Source: an uncultured Candidatus Peribacteria bacterium (lineage in GTDB: Bacteria > Patescibacteriota > Gracilibacteria > Peribacterales > Peribacteraceae). Taken from it: a DNA stretch of 64,000 nt. The translations under genes were made by a program, and so were the position numbers. The DNA lies in assembly GCA_964506185.1 (NCBI GenBank), contig CAZDKL010000001.1, positions 23,196 to 87,195 of the forward strand, given 5' to 3'. This document shows, piece by piece, positions 1 through 7,742 of this stretch. Under the pieces are notes generated by a model that ran no database searches, was not told the origin of the DNA, and worked only from the letters and a program-made list of their open reading frames with translations. How positions within the stretch are numbered: position 1 is the stretch's first letter; the number at the start of each line of letters is the position of its first letter.

Positions 1-1200
1 ATTTCCACCATTCGCAGTCAATTCCCGATTCTCTCGGAAATTATCTACTTAGATAACGCCGCAACAGCTCAGACTCCGCAAATTGCGATCGATGCCGTCT
101 CTGAATTTTATAAGGATTCAAATGCCAACGTCCACCGCGGCCTTCATCCCCTTGCCGAGAAAGCAACGGAGTCATATGAAGATGCAAGGAGAACTGTTAG
201 TAAGTTTATTAACTCTGAGTTCGTCGAAGAAATTATTTTCACAAGCGGAACAACCGAAAGCATTAATTTAATTGCAAGAAGTTTGGGTGAATCTGAGATT
301 AATGAGGGAGATAAAATTGTTCTGACTACACTGGAACACCACAGCAACATAACTCCGTGGATACAAGTAAAAAACAAAACCGGAGCCGAGATTGGCTGGA
401 TTGATATTGATGATGAAGGGAATCTGAAGATGGATAACCTTGATGCACTTCTTGATGATGGGAACGTTAAACTTATTTCTGTAACGGGCCTGAGCAATGT
501 AGTCGGTACTCGCCCGCCAATCGAAGAAATTATCAAAAAAGCACATGCTGAAGGCGCAAAAGTTTTGATTGATGCTGCACAACTTGCCGCACATCACCAA
601 ATTGATATTCAGAAATTGGATTGTGACTTCCTGGCATTCTCTGGACATAAAGTTTACGGCCCAATGGGCATTGGAGTTTTGTACGGAAAGAAAGAACTAC
701 TGGAATCCATGCCTCCATTTCAAACAGGAGGAGGAATGATAAGAGATGTTTCAGCTGAGAGTTTTACTTGCGCAGATCTTCCCGAGAAATTCGAAGCCGG
801 CACTCCGCCTGTAGCCGAAGCTGTTGGACTTAAAAGCGCCATTGATTGGCTAAGCCAATTTGATTGGAAAGATATCGAGGAGCAAGAGAGTAATCTGATC
901 AGCCAAGCAAAAGCAGAGCTTAGCAAAATAAAGAATCTTACCATTCTTGGAAACGGAGAGGGTTCCGGATCATTAAGCTTCGTTGTCGAAGGTGTCCACG
1001 CACATGATCTTACTGATATTCTGGGCGAAAAAAGAATCTGCCTTCGCGCCGGACATCATTGCGCTATCCCCCTTCACGAAAGACTTAAAGCTGAAGCTTC
1101 TACAAGACTCAGTATTGGAATTTATAATACTGAGGAAGAAATCATGAGAGTGAGACCGGAGATTGAGGAAGTTATTGAATTCTTTGAAAAGGGCAATTAG
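1..1200 (+). CDS. sufS: cysteine desulfurase SufS (class V aminotransferase); 5' end cut by window edge
   Basis: Frame 1 is open from nt 1 (ISTIRSQFPIL..YLDNAATAQ). Motifs HHSNITPW, FSGHKVYGP (PLP Lys) and RAGHHCA (catalytic Cys) are present. sufU follows. Confidence 0.9.
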   Translation: MSTIRSQFPILSEIIYLDNAATAQTPQIAIDAVSEFYKDSNANVHRGLHPLAEKATESYEDARRTVSKFINSEFVEEIIFTSGTTESINLIARSLGESEINEGDKIVLTTLEHHSNITPWIQVKNKTGAEIGWIDIDDEGNLKMDNLDALLDDGNVKLISVTGLSNVVGTRPPIEEIIKKAHAEGAKVLIDAAQLAAHHQIDIQKLDCDFLAFSGHKVYGPMGIGVLYGKKELLESMPPFQTGGGMIRDVSAESFTCADLPEKFEAGTPPVAEAVGLKSAIDWLSQFDWKDIEEQESNLISQAKAELSKIKNLTILGNGEGSGSLSFVVEGVHAHDLTDILGEKRICLRAGHHCAIPLHERLKAEASTRLSIGIYNTEEEIMRVRPEIEEVIEFFEKGN

Positions 1201-1256
1201 CTTGTTAGCAGATTAGCAGATTAGCTAATCTGCTAATTGCCAATCTGCTAATTGCC
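1192..1256. repeat. word-palindrome repeat, AGCAGATTAGC/GCTAATCTGCT family, copy 1
   Basis: ggcaattagcttgttagcagattagcagattagcTaatctgctaattgccaatctgctaattgcc. 64 of 65 nt are identical to 27904-27968. The sufS stop codon (1198-1200) lies inside it. Confidence 0.85.
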
Positions 1257-1286
1257 CGATGGATAATCGACTAACCTAAAACCACC

Positions 1287-1643
1287 ATGGACCTATATGC
1301 AGAGAACATCCTCGACCACTTCAAAAACCCTCGCGGGAAACGTGAAATTTCTGACCCCACCGTTTCGCACGAAGAAGTGAACCTTGCATGCGGGGACAAG
1401 CTGACGATTCATTTGAAAATTGAAGACTCCATCATCAAAGAAGCGGCATGGGAAGGCTCCGGTTGCGCAATAAACCTCGGGGCAATGTCCATTTTGTGGG
1501 AAAAGCTGGAAGGAATGCCTGTTAAAGATGCGACTGAAATGTCCGAAGATGACATAAGAGAAATGCTTGGTGTACCGATAAGTAAGAGGAGATCTAAGTG
1601 TGCTTTTTTGTGTTTGGAGGGATTGAAGAATGTGTTGAAATGA
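1287..1643 (+). CDS. sufU: SufU/IscU-like Fe-S cluster scaffold
   Basis: 118 aa with the three conserved Cys contexts (LACGDKL, GSGCAI, SKCAF). It lies directly downstream of sufS. Confidence 0.85.
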   Translation: MDLYAENILDHFKNPRGKREISDPTVSHEEVNLACGDKLTIHLKIEDSIIKEAAWEGSGCAINLGAMSILWEKLEGMPVKDATEMSEDDIREMLGVPISKRRSKCAFLCLEGLKNVLK

Positions 1644-1671
1644 TTGACTGATGTAAATAATAGTTTACGAT
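1644..1671 (+). promoter_or_regulatory. putative sigma70-like promoter of GC-rich cassette 1
   Basis: TTGACT (1644-1649), 16 nt, TACGAT (1666-1671). This is a consensus match only. Confidence 0.3.
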
Positions 1672-1736
1672 TAATTTGACCACCAACTTAAACGTATTTC
1701 GGTCACAATGTCCTTTCTTACACACGGGAGAACGTC

Positions 1737-2051
1737 ATGCATCTTGACAGAGTTTCCAGCCAGTATCGTTGCATCAGCCTCAAGCCAAACCAGGATTACC
1801 ATTGGCTTTCGAGCGCTCAGCGCCATGGGGGCGACCCCCTGACAGTGCGTGTTCAGAAGGCGGCAGGGAAAGGTGAATACACCAACCTCGTCCTGAAAGT
1901 ACGCTCCGTCCAAGCAGTTGATCCGCCTGCCGGCAGCAGCCAAGCCGACCAGGAATGCTACTTGGTCAAAGGATTCGCCGAAGGCGAACCGATGGAGATC
2001 CTCATCGACATCGGTCCGGACAAAAACGGTCGGACCAAGATCGAGGAGTGA
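1737..2051 (+). CDS. hypothetical protein, GC-rich cassette 1 (104 aa)
   Basis: GGGAGA (1726-1731) lies 5 nt upstream of the ATG. Third codon positions are GC-rich in this frame. A hairpin terminator sits 24 nt after the stop. I recognise no family. Confidence 0.55.
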   Translation: MHLDRVSSQYRCISLKPNQDYHWLSSAQRHGGDPLTVRVQKAAGKGEYTNLVLKVRSVQAVDPPAGSSQADQECYLVKGFAEGEPMEILIDIGPDKNGRTKIEE

Positions 2052-2074
2052 AGTCCCGCAAAGAAGGGGCACCC

Positions 2075-2112
2075 AAATCGCCGACTGGCTTTCAGCCGGC
2101 GATTTCGTTAAT
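2075..2112 (+). terminator. hairpin terminator after cassette 1
   Basis: AAATCGCCGACTG..CAGCCGGCGATTT stem with one mismatch, then a T-containing tail (cgttaatgttt). Confidence 0.5.
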
Positions 2113-2114
2113 GT

Positions 2115-2142
2115 TTGACATATTAAATTTCGAGTGTATAGT
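2115..2142 (+). promoter_or_regulatory. putative promoter of the 2156 gene
   Basis: TTGACA (2115-2120), 16 nt, TATAGT (2137-2142), 13 nt upstream of the ATG. There is no SD in between. Confidence 0.4.
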
Positions 2143-2155
2143 TAGATGCTAACTT

Positions 2156-2743
2156 ATGTCAGATAGCACCCTAGAACGGATTTGGACAATCCATGAAGAA
2201 GACGCATGGGAGGCATTTCAAGAACAGGGCGTTATTAAAGGAGATGGACGTAGGATTATTCATGATCACAGAAAAGCATACAGGTGGATGATGCGTCAGA
2301 TGAAAGACCGCATACCGGGTTACGGCGGCGGCTATCCTGTTTGGGCTTATTCAAGATGGGCGCCTGATGAACCAAAACCTGACGTAAATGATTGCGTCGA
2401 TCCTTCACCAAAAAGATTAGTGATGCTTGAGTGCGAAGTGCCAAGAGATCGGATTCTAAAAAGTGATGTGGAGCTTTGGAATTTCGTCTTGAATGGAACT
2501 GAATATCTTGGAAGAAATGAACAAGAGGAGGAAGCTTGGGAAGCGCGAGCACGGAGTGGCAAAGTTCATCATGCGACACTTGCAAAAGAAATGCGTGATA
2601 GTTGGATGTTAATGTTTGAACTAACAAATGACAGAGGAGATAAGGATTGGCTCGGAGATGCAAACAGCAATGCTATTCAAGCTGCAATCGAACAAATCAC
2701 ATTAGATCAGGTTAAAAAGATTGAGCATTTTGTGATTAATTAA
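2156..2743 (+). CDS. hypothetical cytoplasmic protein (possibly DUF3841-like)
   Basis: 195-aa ORF with host-like composition. YPVWAYSRW and LECEVPRDRILKSDVELWNFVLN resemble my memory of DUF3841. Unverified. Confidence 0.65.
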   Translation: MSDSTLERIWTIHEEDAWEAFQEQGVIKGDGRRIIHDHRKAYRWMMRQMKDRIPGYGGGYPVWAYSRWAPDEPKPDVNDCVDPSPKRLVMLECEVPRDRILKSDVELWNFVLNGTEYLGRNEQEEEAWEARARSGKVHHATLAKEMRDSWMLMFELTNDRGDKDWLGDANSNAIQAAIEQITLDQVKKIEHFVIN

Positions 2744-2771
2744 AAAGAAGACCCTCGGCGGAAACCGAGGG
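2741..2771 (-). terminator. hairpin terminator of cassette 2 (may act bidirectionally)
   Basis: CCCTCGG-cggaaa-CCGAGGG (2752-2771). On the minus strand it is followed by TCTTCTTTTT. Confidence 0.55.
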
Positions 2772-2816
2772 CCTGAAGACAGGTGCGTTGACTAGCGAAT
2801 GTTGTGCCGAGAATCG

Positions 2817-3239
2817 CTACTTCTCGAGGACTTCGCAGCTCCAAAGGAGTCGACAGAGCAACCCCCTCAGATTTGCAGCTCGCGCTTCCACGGGGTCGTC
2901 CGTCAGTCGTTCGACGACTGCGTAGTACTTCGCGGACTTGCGCAGATGCATTTGCTCGTTTTCGGAATCCGTGGACACGAGATGTCGATGAGCTTTCGCC
3001 AATTTCCTAGCGGCGAATAAGTTTGTCTCACCAACTTCCTCGACCTCGTCCAACGTTTCCCGCATGAGCTTGGCGCTCACTTCTTGCCCCTTAGCCATCT
3101 TCTCGGTGCAGGGGCGAAACGAGTCCCAAAACTCCGCCTTCTCGACGGCAGACTTTGCCGCCTTCTGAAGGCTAGCATCGTCGGCGACCACGTTTCCGCA
3201 GATCCCGACACACAACACCACCAACATCCAATAACGCAT
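2817..3239 (-). CDS. hypothetical secreted helical protein, GC-rich cassette 2 (141 aa)
   Basis: The start was moved to ATG 3239, preceded by AAGGAA. The N-terminus MRYWMLVVLCVGICGNVVA-DD looks like a Sec signal peptide. The rest is charged and helical. I recognise no family. Confidence 0.6.
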   Translation of the reverse strand: MRYWMLVVLCVGICGNVVADDASLQKAAKSAVEKAEFWDSFRPCTEKMAKGQEVSAKLMRETLDEVEEVGETNLFAARKLAKAHRHLVSTDSENEQMHLRKSAKYYAVVERLTDDPVEARAANLRGLLCRLLWSCEVLEK

Positions 3240-3450
3240 GCTACGTTCCTTGTGTAAGTACTCCATTCGCAGACACAAAAACACTTGGGGCAAACCATGC
3301 CAACATACCAAACGCATAATGCATCCTCCGGAGCAGCTGACCCACGGCCAGCACCATAGCGCACTATGCAAGACTATTTGCACACTGCGCTATGGTTTAT
3401 TCAAGGAATAACACCTGTCAAAGATCAATCTGCCTAAGCAGATAAAGTAT

Positions 3451-3478
3451 ATTATACGTATTTTCTGAGTATAATCAA
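3451..3478 (-). promoter_or_regulatory. putative promoter of cassette 2
   Basis: Minus strand TTGATT (3478-3473), 16 nt, TATAAT (3456-3451). The ~200-nt leader contains the inverted repeat CCATAGCGCA..TGCGCTATGG (about 3353-3394). Confidence 0.4.
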
Positions 3479-3493
3479 TGTCTACTTTTTGGC

Positions 3494-5209
3494 TTATGAC
3501 CGCCAATACCCCTTATACCCCTCCGGCACTGTGTAAGCTGAGGCGCAAGAGGGCTTATTGGTCATAAATTCGGATTTAAGCATATCCATCAGTTCTTTAT
3601 CTGATGTGAAATCCTCCCATGTTGGATCCATAAACAGAAATTCTGATTTCTTGAGGTTATCAAATGTTTGCGTACGGAAATGCTCTGACTGATTGGATCC
3701 AAACGAGCGGAATGCGGACCATCCCATTTGTAGTGGAAGATGATCTGGAAGAAGGAAGCCTGCTCCGATCCCGATGTAATTCTCGAAACCACACTTATCC
3801 ATCATCGCATCAAGCTCAGCAGTCTTTTGCATACTTGCCACGTAGTTTTCGTTTTCTAGTCTGACCTTTGCACTCCTCTCCTCCCAATTTATCTTTGGCA
3901 GAATGAATGGAATCAAAGCAATTAGTCCTATGAGTACACCCGAGGCAATTTGCATCAGAGAATTTTTTATTTTTGGAAGTGTAATCAGAAACAACAGGAA
4001 TACTGCTGCACAAAGAGGTGCGATATTCGTTCGTTGATAAATGTTGAAGTGCGAAGCGCCAGCTGCAAGCGAGACAGGATAGAATGCAAGTACTGATACG
4101 ACAACGTAGCTGAGTACTTTCTTATTTTTCCTGAATACTTGAACCAAACTGACTGCAAATACCAAGCATGCAACCGCACTAAGCACGCACATAACGTCTT
4201 TGTAATTCGAAATCGTATGTTCAAGCTCAGTTTTACTTAGAATGTAAGCAATGTAACTCACATTGAATGCAATCATTCCGCTGACTGAACACACAAGGAC
4301 CACAATCAGCTCTTTCCACTTAGTAAGTTCTGACTTAAAGACTGGAACTGATGCAAGTAATGCTCCAAATGCAATTCCAAACACAGGAAGCATAAAGAGT
4401 AAGCTCATATCCAACATCAAAATCCATCCATGAAGTCCCCGCATCCAAAGCGAGCCCAATTGATTTGTTTGAATTCTGACGGAGAAAGCGTCAGGCAAAT
4501 AAATATTAAGATAAGGTCCAAGTAATCCCAATATGAGCATAATCAAGGATCCTAAAATGAATGCTATTACGAATGGAATTACGAATGATCTTACAAAGAA
4601 CTTGAATGTAGGACTTAAAATCATGCTAACTGCAATTAGCGGGAACAAAAACTGCTCGCGCATTCCCATGGAAGCTGCGATGAAGACCGATGCTAAGATT
4701 ATTCTAAGAGGAGTCATCTTCTTTGTATCCCACGCAACAACCAAAACATATGCAATCGCAAACGGCACTCCGAATGACTCAGCTTGCAAGCCTACTATTC
4801 TCTCGACTGAGTATATCGAGATTGCTCCACCGAATATCAAAGCCGTACATACTCCAACCGACTTAAGAAATGCTGACGATTCTTTCAGATTTCTGACTGC
4901 AAACCACGCAAATGATATTGGTATGCACACAAAGCAGAGCAGCTTGAATATAAGCAGAGGTATCTCGTTATTGGCGATCAGAAGAGAGATTGCATTTAGG
5001 AATAGGAGCCCCGGAGGCTTCATTTCGAAGAATTCGCTGTACAGATCTTTGCCGTTTATAAGCCCCTTTGCGACCGTGAAGAACGTCCCATCATCCCCCA
5101 TTAGCCTCGTCTGACCCTCCAGAATGAGCATCGAAGCCAAAATACATAAGGTTTTGACTGCAGCTAAAGCCAAAATTACCGTTGCCAGCCAAATCAACTT
5201 TTTCTTCAT
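3494..5209 (-). CDS. GT-C-type membrane glycosyltransferase (ArnT/PMT_2-like)
   Basis: Polytopic protein of about 570 aa. The first loop, DGTFFTVAKGLINGKDLYSEFFEMKPPGL, is typical of the family. The start was set at MKKKLIW (ATG 5209); the ORF extends to 5254. Confidence 0.75.
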   Translation of the reverse strand: MKKKLIWLATVILALAAVKTLCILASMLILEGQTRLMGDDGTFFTVAKGLINGKDLYSEFFEMKPPGLLFLNAISLLIANNEIPLLIFKLLCFVCIPISFAWFAVRNLKESSAFLKSVGVCTALIFGGAISIYSVERIVGLQAESFGVPFAIAYVLVVAWDTKKMTPLRIILASVFIAASMGMREQFLFPLIAVSMILSPTFKFFVRSFVIPFVIAFILGSLIMLILGLLGPYLNIYLPDAFSVRIQTNQLGSLWMRGLHGWILMLDMSLLFMLPVFGIAFGALLASVPVFKSELTKWKELIVVLVCSVSGMIAFNVSYIAYILSKTELEHTISNYKDVMCVLSAVACLVFAVSLVQVFRKNKKVLSYVVVSVLAFYPVSLAAGASHFNIYQRTNIAPLCAAVFLLFLITLPKIKNSLMQIASGVLIGLIALIPFILPKINWEERSAKVRLENENYVASMQKTAELDAMMDKCGFENYIGIGAGFLLPDHLPLQMGWSAFRSFGSNQSEHFRTQTFDNLKKSEFLFMDPTWEDFTSDKELMDMLKSEFMTNKPSCASAYTVPEGYKGYWRS

Positions 5210-5253
5210 AAACTGATGATAGAAAAGGTTTACAAAGAGTACAATGCCATCCA

Positions 5254-5676
5254 ATGTCTGCAGTCCACTTGCACGCCAAGCAATTTTCCAAATTCTCCGT
5301 TACAGGCACAGTTACAACGATAGTCGACCTGGGATCCCTGACGTTTTTTATGGAGATATTGAAAATTCCACTCAGGCCTTCCGTAGGCTCTGCGGCACTG
5401 ATTGGATTCACCGTGGCATTCTTTGTGAATAAATACTGGAGCTTCAAAAATGGTGAGAAACAATTATTTAAGCAATATTCCCGCTTTATTGCGGTCTATG
5501 CTGTCAGCTTTTTTATTGGAGTCGGTTTTACGATATTAATTACAGAATCATTTGAGCTTCAGTATATAATCTCTCGTCTATTGGCAATTATACTCTGCGG
5601 ACTTTGGAATTATTTATGGCTTCACCATGTAGTATTCGACAACTCACCACAAACTCCTCTTGAAGATTCTCTTTAG
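5254..5676 (+). CDS. GtrA-family membrane protein
   Basis: 140 aa with 4 TM segments. KFSVTGTVTTIVDLG and FFVNKYWSF signatures are present. Confidence 0.8.
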   Translation: MSAVHLHAKQFSKFSVTGTVTTIVDLGSLTFFMEILKIPLRPSVGSAALIGFTVAFFVNKYWSFKNGEKQLFKQYSRFIAVYAVSFFIGVGFTILITESFELQYIISRLLAIILCGLWNYLWLHHVVFDNSPQTPLEDSL

Positions 5677-6387
5677 AATTAAACTTCTGTATTCACCAAG
5701 AGTTTTGAACAGTTTCATTTTTGATTTACCTTTCTTAAGACCGTAATCATAAACAAGAGGAGCCTCAGAATTTTTATTGGAGAAATCTCTGACTTTTAAT
5801 AAGACTTCCAAGTTCGCTGCGAATGATTTTTGCGTGATAAATTGATCCTGATACTTCTCGAATGCTTTCTTAATGATTCGCGCTGAATATCCTCTGTAAA
5901 AAATTGTGTAGTCCGTAACTCCTTTTGTGCGAAAGAAGATTTTGAGCACTGTATTTACAACCCCGCTTCCAAAAGTTCTTATGAGCGGGAAGTTTTTGTA
6001 CTTTCCGCCTTTGATGTATCTGGATGCAACGACAATATCTGACTCGTTGGCAATCATATCAATCATTTGCGGCATTACACTCAAATCAGAAGTACAATCT
6101 CCTTCAATTATGAATATTACATCGTCATCTGACGCGAGCTCGCTCGCTTTTTTTAGTCCGTCATAAAAAGTTTTTGGAACTCCTGCATTTTGTTCATGAA
6201 CAACGATCTCCATATCTATTTTGTTTAGATACTCCTTTGCAATCTCAAGCGTTCTATCACTGCTTCCATCGTCGACCAAAACAATTTTTTTGCTTACGGG
6301 GATATTAAGAGCAAGTAAATCATCAAGAAGCCTGGCTATGTTCCCCTCCTCATTGAACGCCGGAATGATTATGTAAGCAGTTGACAC
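5644..6387 (-). CDS. family 2 glycosyltransferase (polyprenyl-phosphate sugar synthase-like)
   Basis: IIIPAFNEEGNI..VLVDDGSSDRT..IFIIEGD matches GT2 DxD architecture. Confidence 0.85.
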   Translation of the reverse strand: MSTAYIIIPAFNEEGNIARLLDDLLALNIPVSKKIVLVDDGSSDRTLEIAKEYLNKIDMEIVVHEQNAGVPKTFYDGLKKASELASDDDVIFIIEGDCTSDLSVMPQMIDMIANESDIVVASRYIKGGKYKNFPLIRTFGSGVVNTVLKIFFRTKGVTDYTIFYRGYSARIIKKAFEKYQDQFITQKSFAANLEVLLKVRDFSNKNSEAPLVYDYGLKKGKSKMKLFKTLGEYRSLILKRIFKRSLW

Positions 6388-6431
6388 ATGCTGATAATAT
6401 CAACAATTTAAGAAATTCATATACATAAACG

Positions 6432-6464
6432 AAGCCCGAGCGGTATGAAAACCAACTCGGGCTT
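6432..6464 (-). terminator. hairpin terminator of cassette 3
   Basis: AAGCCCGAG..CTCGGGCTT stem. On the minus strand it is followed by the T-rich cgtttatgtatatg. Confidence 0.5.
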
Positions 6465-6504
6465 GTGTGGGGCCGCCATGATAGTGGCAGCGCTTCCCAC
6501 TGCA

Positions 6505-6930
6505 TTAACCGACGGCGCACGCCTCGCGGGTTTGGGACATCGCAGCGACGTCCTCAACGAAACCCCGCGAAAAGCGGAATGTGCCGTCCATGTTGTCCAG
6601 GAAGAAACCGAGATCGACGAGATCGCTAACCATCCTTGCGGAGGATTCCCCGATGTCATCGGGGGCGAAATCGGCCCATCGTCCTGCTTCTTGCGCGTAT
6701 CGCAACGCGTTTTCGGCGCAGCCCTCGAGACCAGAGGCCCCAAAGGTGCCGGTCGAGTTGAAGTGAACGATATCCCCAGGCTGGATTGCGTGGTCGTCAT
6801 CGGCGTTTTGCTGGTTCAAGGTGAACCGCAGAGTTTTTCCGTGCTGATAAACGCCCCACGTACCGGCCCTTCTTCCGCCACGATTCTCGATCAATACTTC
6901 GATTTCCGTCCAGTCGGCCATGTTGAACAT
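6505..6930 (-). CDS. hypothetical protein, GC-rich cassette 3 (141 aa)
   Basis: The start was set at ATG 6930, preceded by TAGGAG plus a 7-nt spacer. Line 6541-6600 has 36/60 GC. I recognise no family. The antisense 169-aa ORF is judged a shadow. Confidence 0.6.
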   Translation of the reverse strand: MFNMADWTEIEVLIENRGGRRAGTWGVYQHGKTLRFTLNQQNADDDHAIQPGDIVHFNSTGTFGASGLEGCAENALRYAQEAGRWADFAPDDIGESSARMVSDLVDLGFFLDNMDGTFRFSRGFVEDVAAMSQTREACAVG

Positions 6931-6965
6931 GCCAAAGCTCCTAAAAAAGATTGAACAACTATGCA

Positions 6966-7025
6966 GGTAGGACCTCTGTGTTCCACCCGCACCAAAACTA
7001 ACTCCAGAAAACACAGAGGACTACC
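6966..7025 (-). promoter_or_regulatory. nested leader hairpin of cassette 3
   Basis: Inner stem CCTCTGTGTT (6973-6982) pairs with AACACAGAGG (7010-7019). Outer stem is GGTAG/CTACC. The architecture resembles 29305-29355. Confidence 0.4.
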
Positions 7026-7054
7026 TACTTTGATGTAAAAGAACACTCTATAAT

Positions 7055-7082
7055 ATTATATCCTATATTGGATATTAGTCAA
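7055..7082 (-). promoter_or_regulatory. putative promoter of cassette 3
   Basis: Minus strand TTGACT (7082-7077), 16 nt, TATAAT (7060-7055). It begins 20 nt downstream of the tRNA-Thr 3' end. Confidence 0.45.
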
Positions 7083-7101
7083 ATAGCTTATATAAGCCAA
7101 A

Positions 7102-7176
7102 TGGAGCCGCCCACGAGATTTGAACTCGTGACCCCCTCCTTACCATGGAGGTGCTCTACCACTGAGCTAGGGCGGC
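7102..7176 (-). tRNA. tRNA-Thr (anticodon GGU), CCA encoded
   Basis: GCCGCCC-TA-GCTC AGTGGTA GAGC-A-CCTCC AUGGUAA GGAGG-GGGTC-ACGAG TTCAAAT CTCGT-GGGCGGC-T-CCA folds as a canonical cloverleaf. Confidence 0.9.
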
Positions 7177-7239
7177 GTAGTTTACAAGCTATAATGAAGT
7201 GAACAGATTCTCAACCGAGCTAGTCTTTTTTATTACGCC

Positions 7240-7309
7240 ATCGCAGGCGATGGCTGGGCACTGCCCGCCCACCGAAGTCGCGAAGCGCGAAGGTGGGAGC
7301 TAGGGCGGC
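7240..7309. repeat. GC-rich hairpin block plus 13-nt duplicate of the tRNA-Thr 5' end
   Basis: Three hairpins: GCCATCGC/GCGATGGC, GGGCA/TGCCC, and CGCCCACCG..GCGAAGGTGGG. gagctagggcggc at 7297-7309 is identical to 7164-7176. Confidence 0.6.
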
Positions 7310-7377
7310 ATGCTCAAAAGCTCGTGAATACTACAATACCAATATATTTATCTCAATCGATGCAATTGTTTTCTTTA

Positions 7378-7716
7378 TTAAATCAAACACCCCATCTCCT
7401 TTGGTTCAACCGGATCTGGATTTAATTGCTCTGCCGGAATCAAATCTGCGACACACCTTTTGACCTCAGCCATTGCAGTTTGCAAATCAGCATTCTCCCA
7501 TCTATCAAAAAGGTTAGCTATTAGATCGCCAGATGGAGTGCTAAAAACCCCAATCAAGGCTTGTACTGTATCAATTCCATATTCAGCGAGTATTTTCGCA
7601 ACATCGCGATGGACTGCCAGTACCACCTCGCCGTCATCCTGTATCTCCGGCTGAAAACTACCCGAGCGCAATTCTTCTGCACCTTCTTTTGCCACAATTT
7701 TGATTGCATTTGTCAT
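7378..7716 (-). CDS. hypothetical protein (112 aa)
   Basis: ORF with host-like composition. The first ATG is at 7716 (the ORF track starts at a TTG at 7725). I recognise no motif. Confidence 0.5.
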   Translation of the reverse strand: MTNAIKIVAKEGAEELRSGSFQPEIQDDGEVVLAVHRDVAKILAEYGIDTVQALIGVFSTPSGDLIANLFDRWENADLQTAMAEVKRCVADLIPAEQLNPDPVEPKEMGCLI

Positions 7717-7742
7717 ATGCAACAACTATACAGCATATTTGA

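Noticed and set aside
1671-2072. 133-aa minus-strand ORF covering cassette 1
   Set aside because: It has no SD or promoter context. The plus-strand frame has an SD, GC-rich third positions and a downstream terminator. Long antisense ORFs are expected in GC-rich DNA.
6445-6954. 169-aa plus-strand ORF (and 127-aa and 61-aa ORFs) overlapping cassette 3
   Set aside because: These are shadow ORFs in GC-rich sequence. Only the minus frame starting at 6930 has TAGGAG-7-ATG together with a promoter and a terminator in the correct orientation.
7177-7320. A second tRNA gene upstream of tRNA-Thr
   Set aside because: Only 13 nt match the tRNA 5' end. No D, anticodon or T arms can be drawn. It is treated as a partial duplicate plus hairpins.
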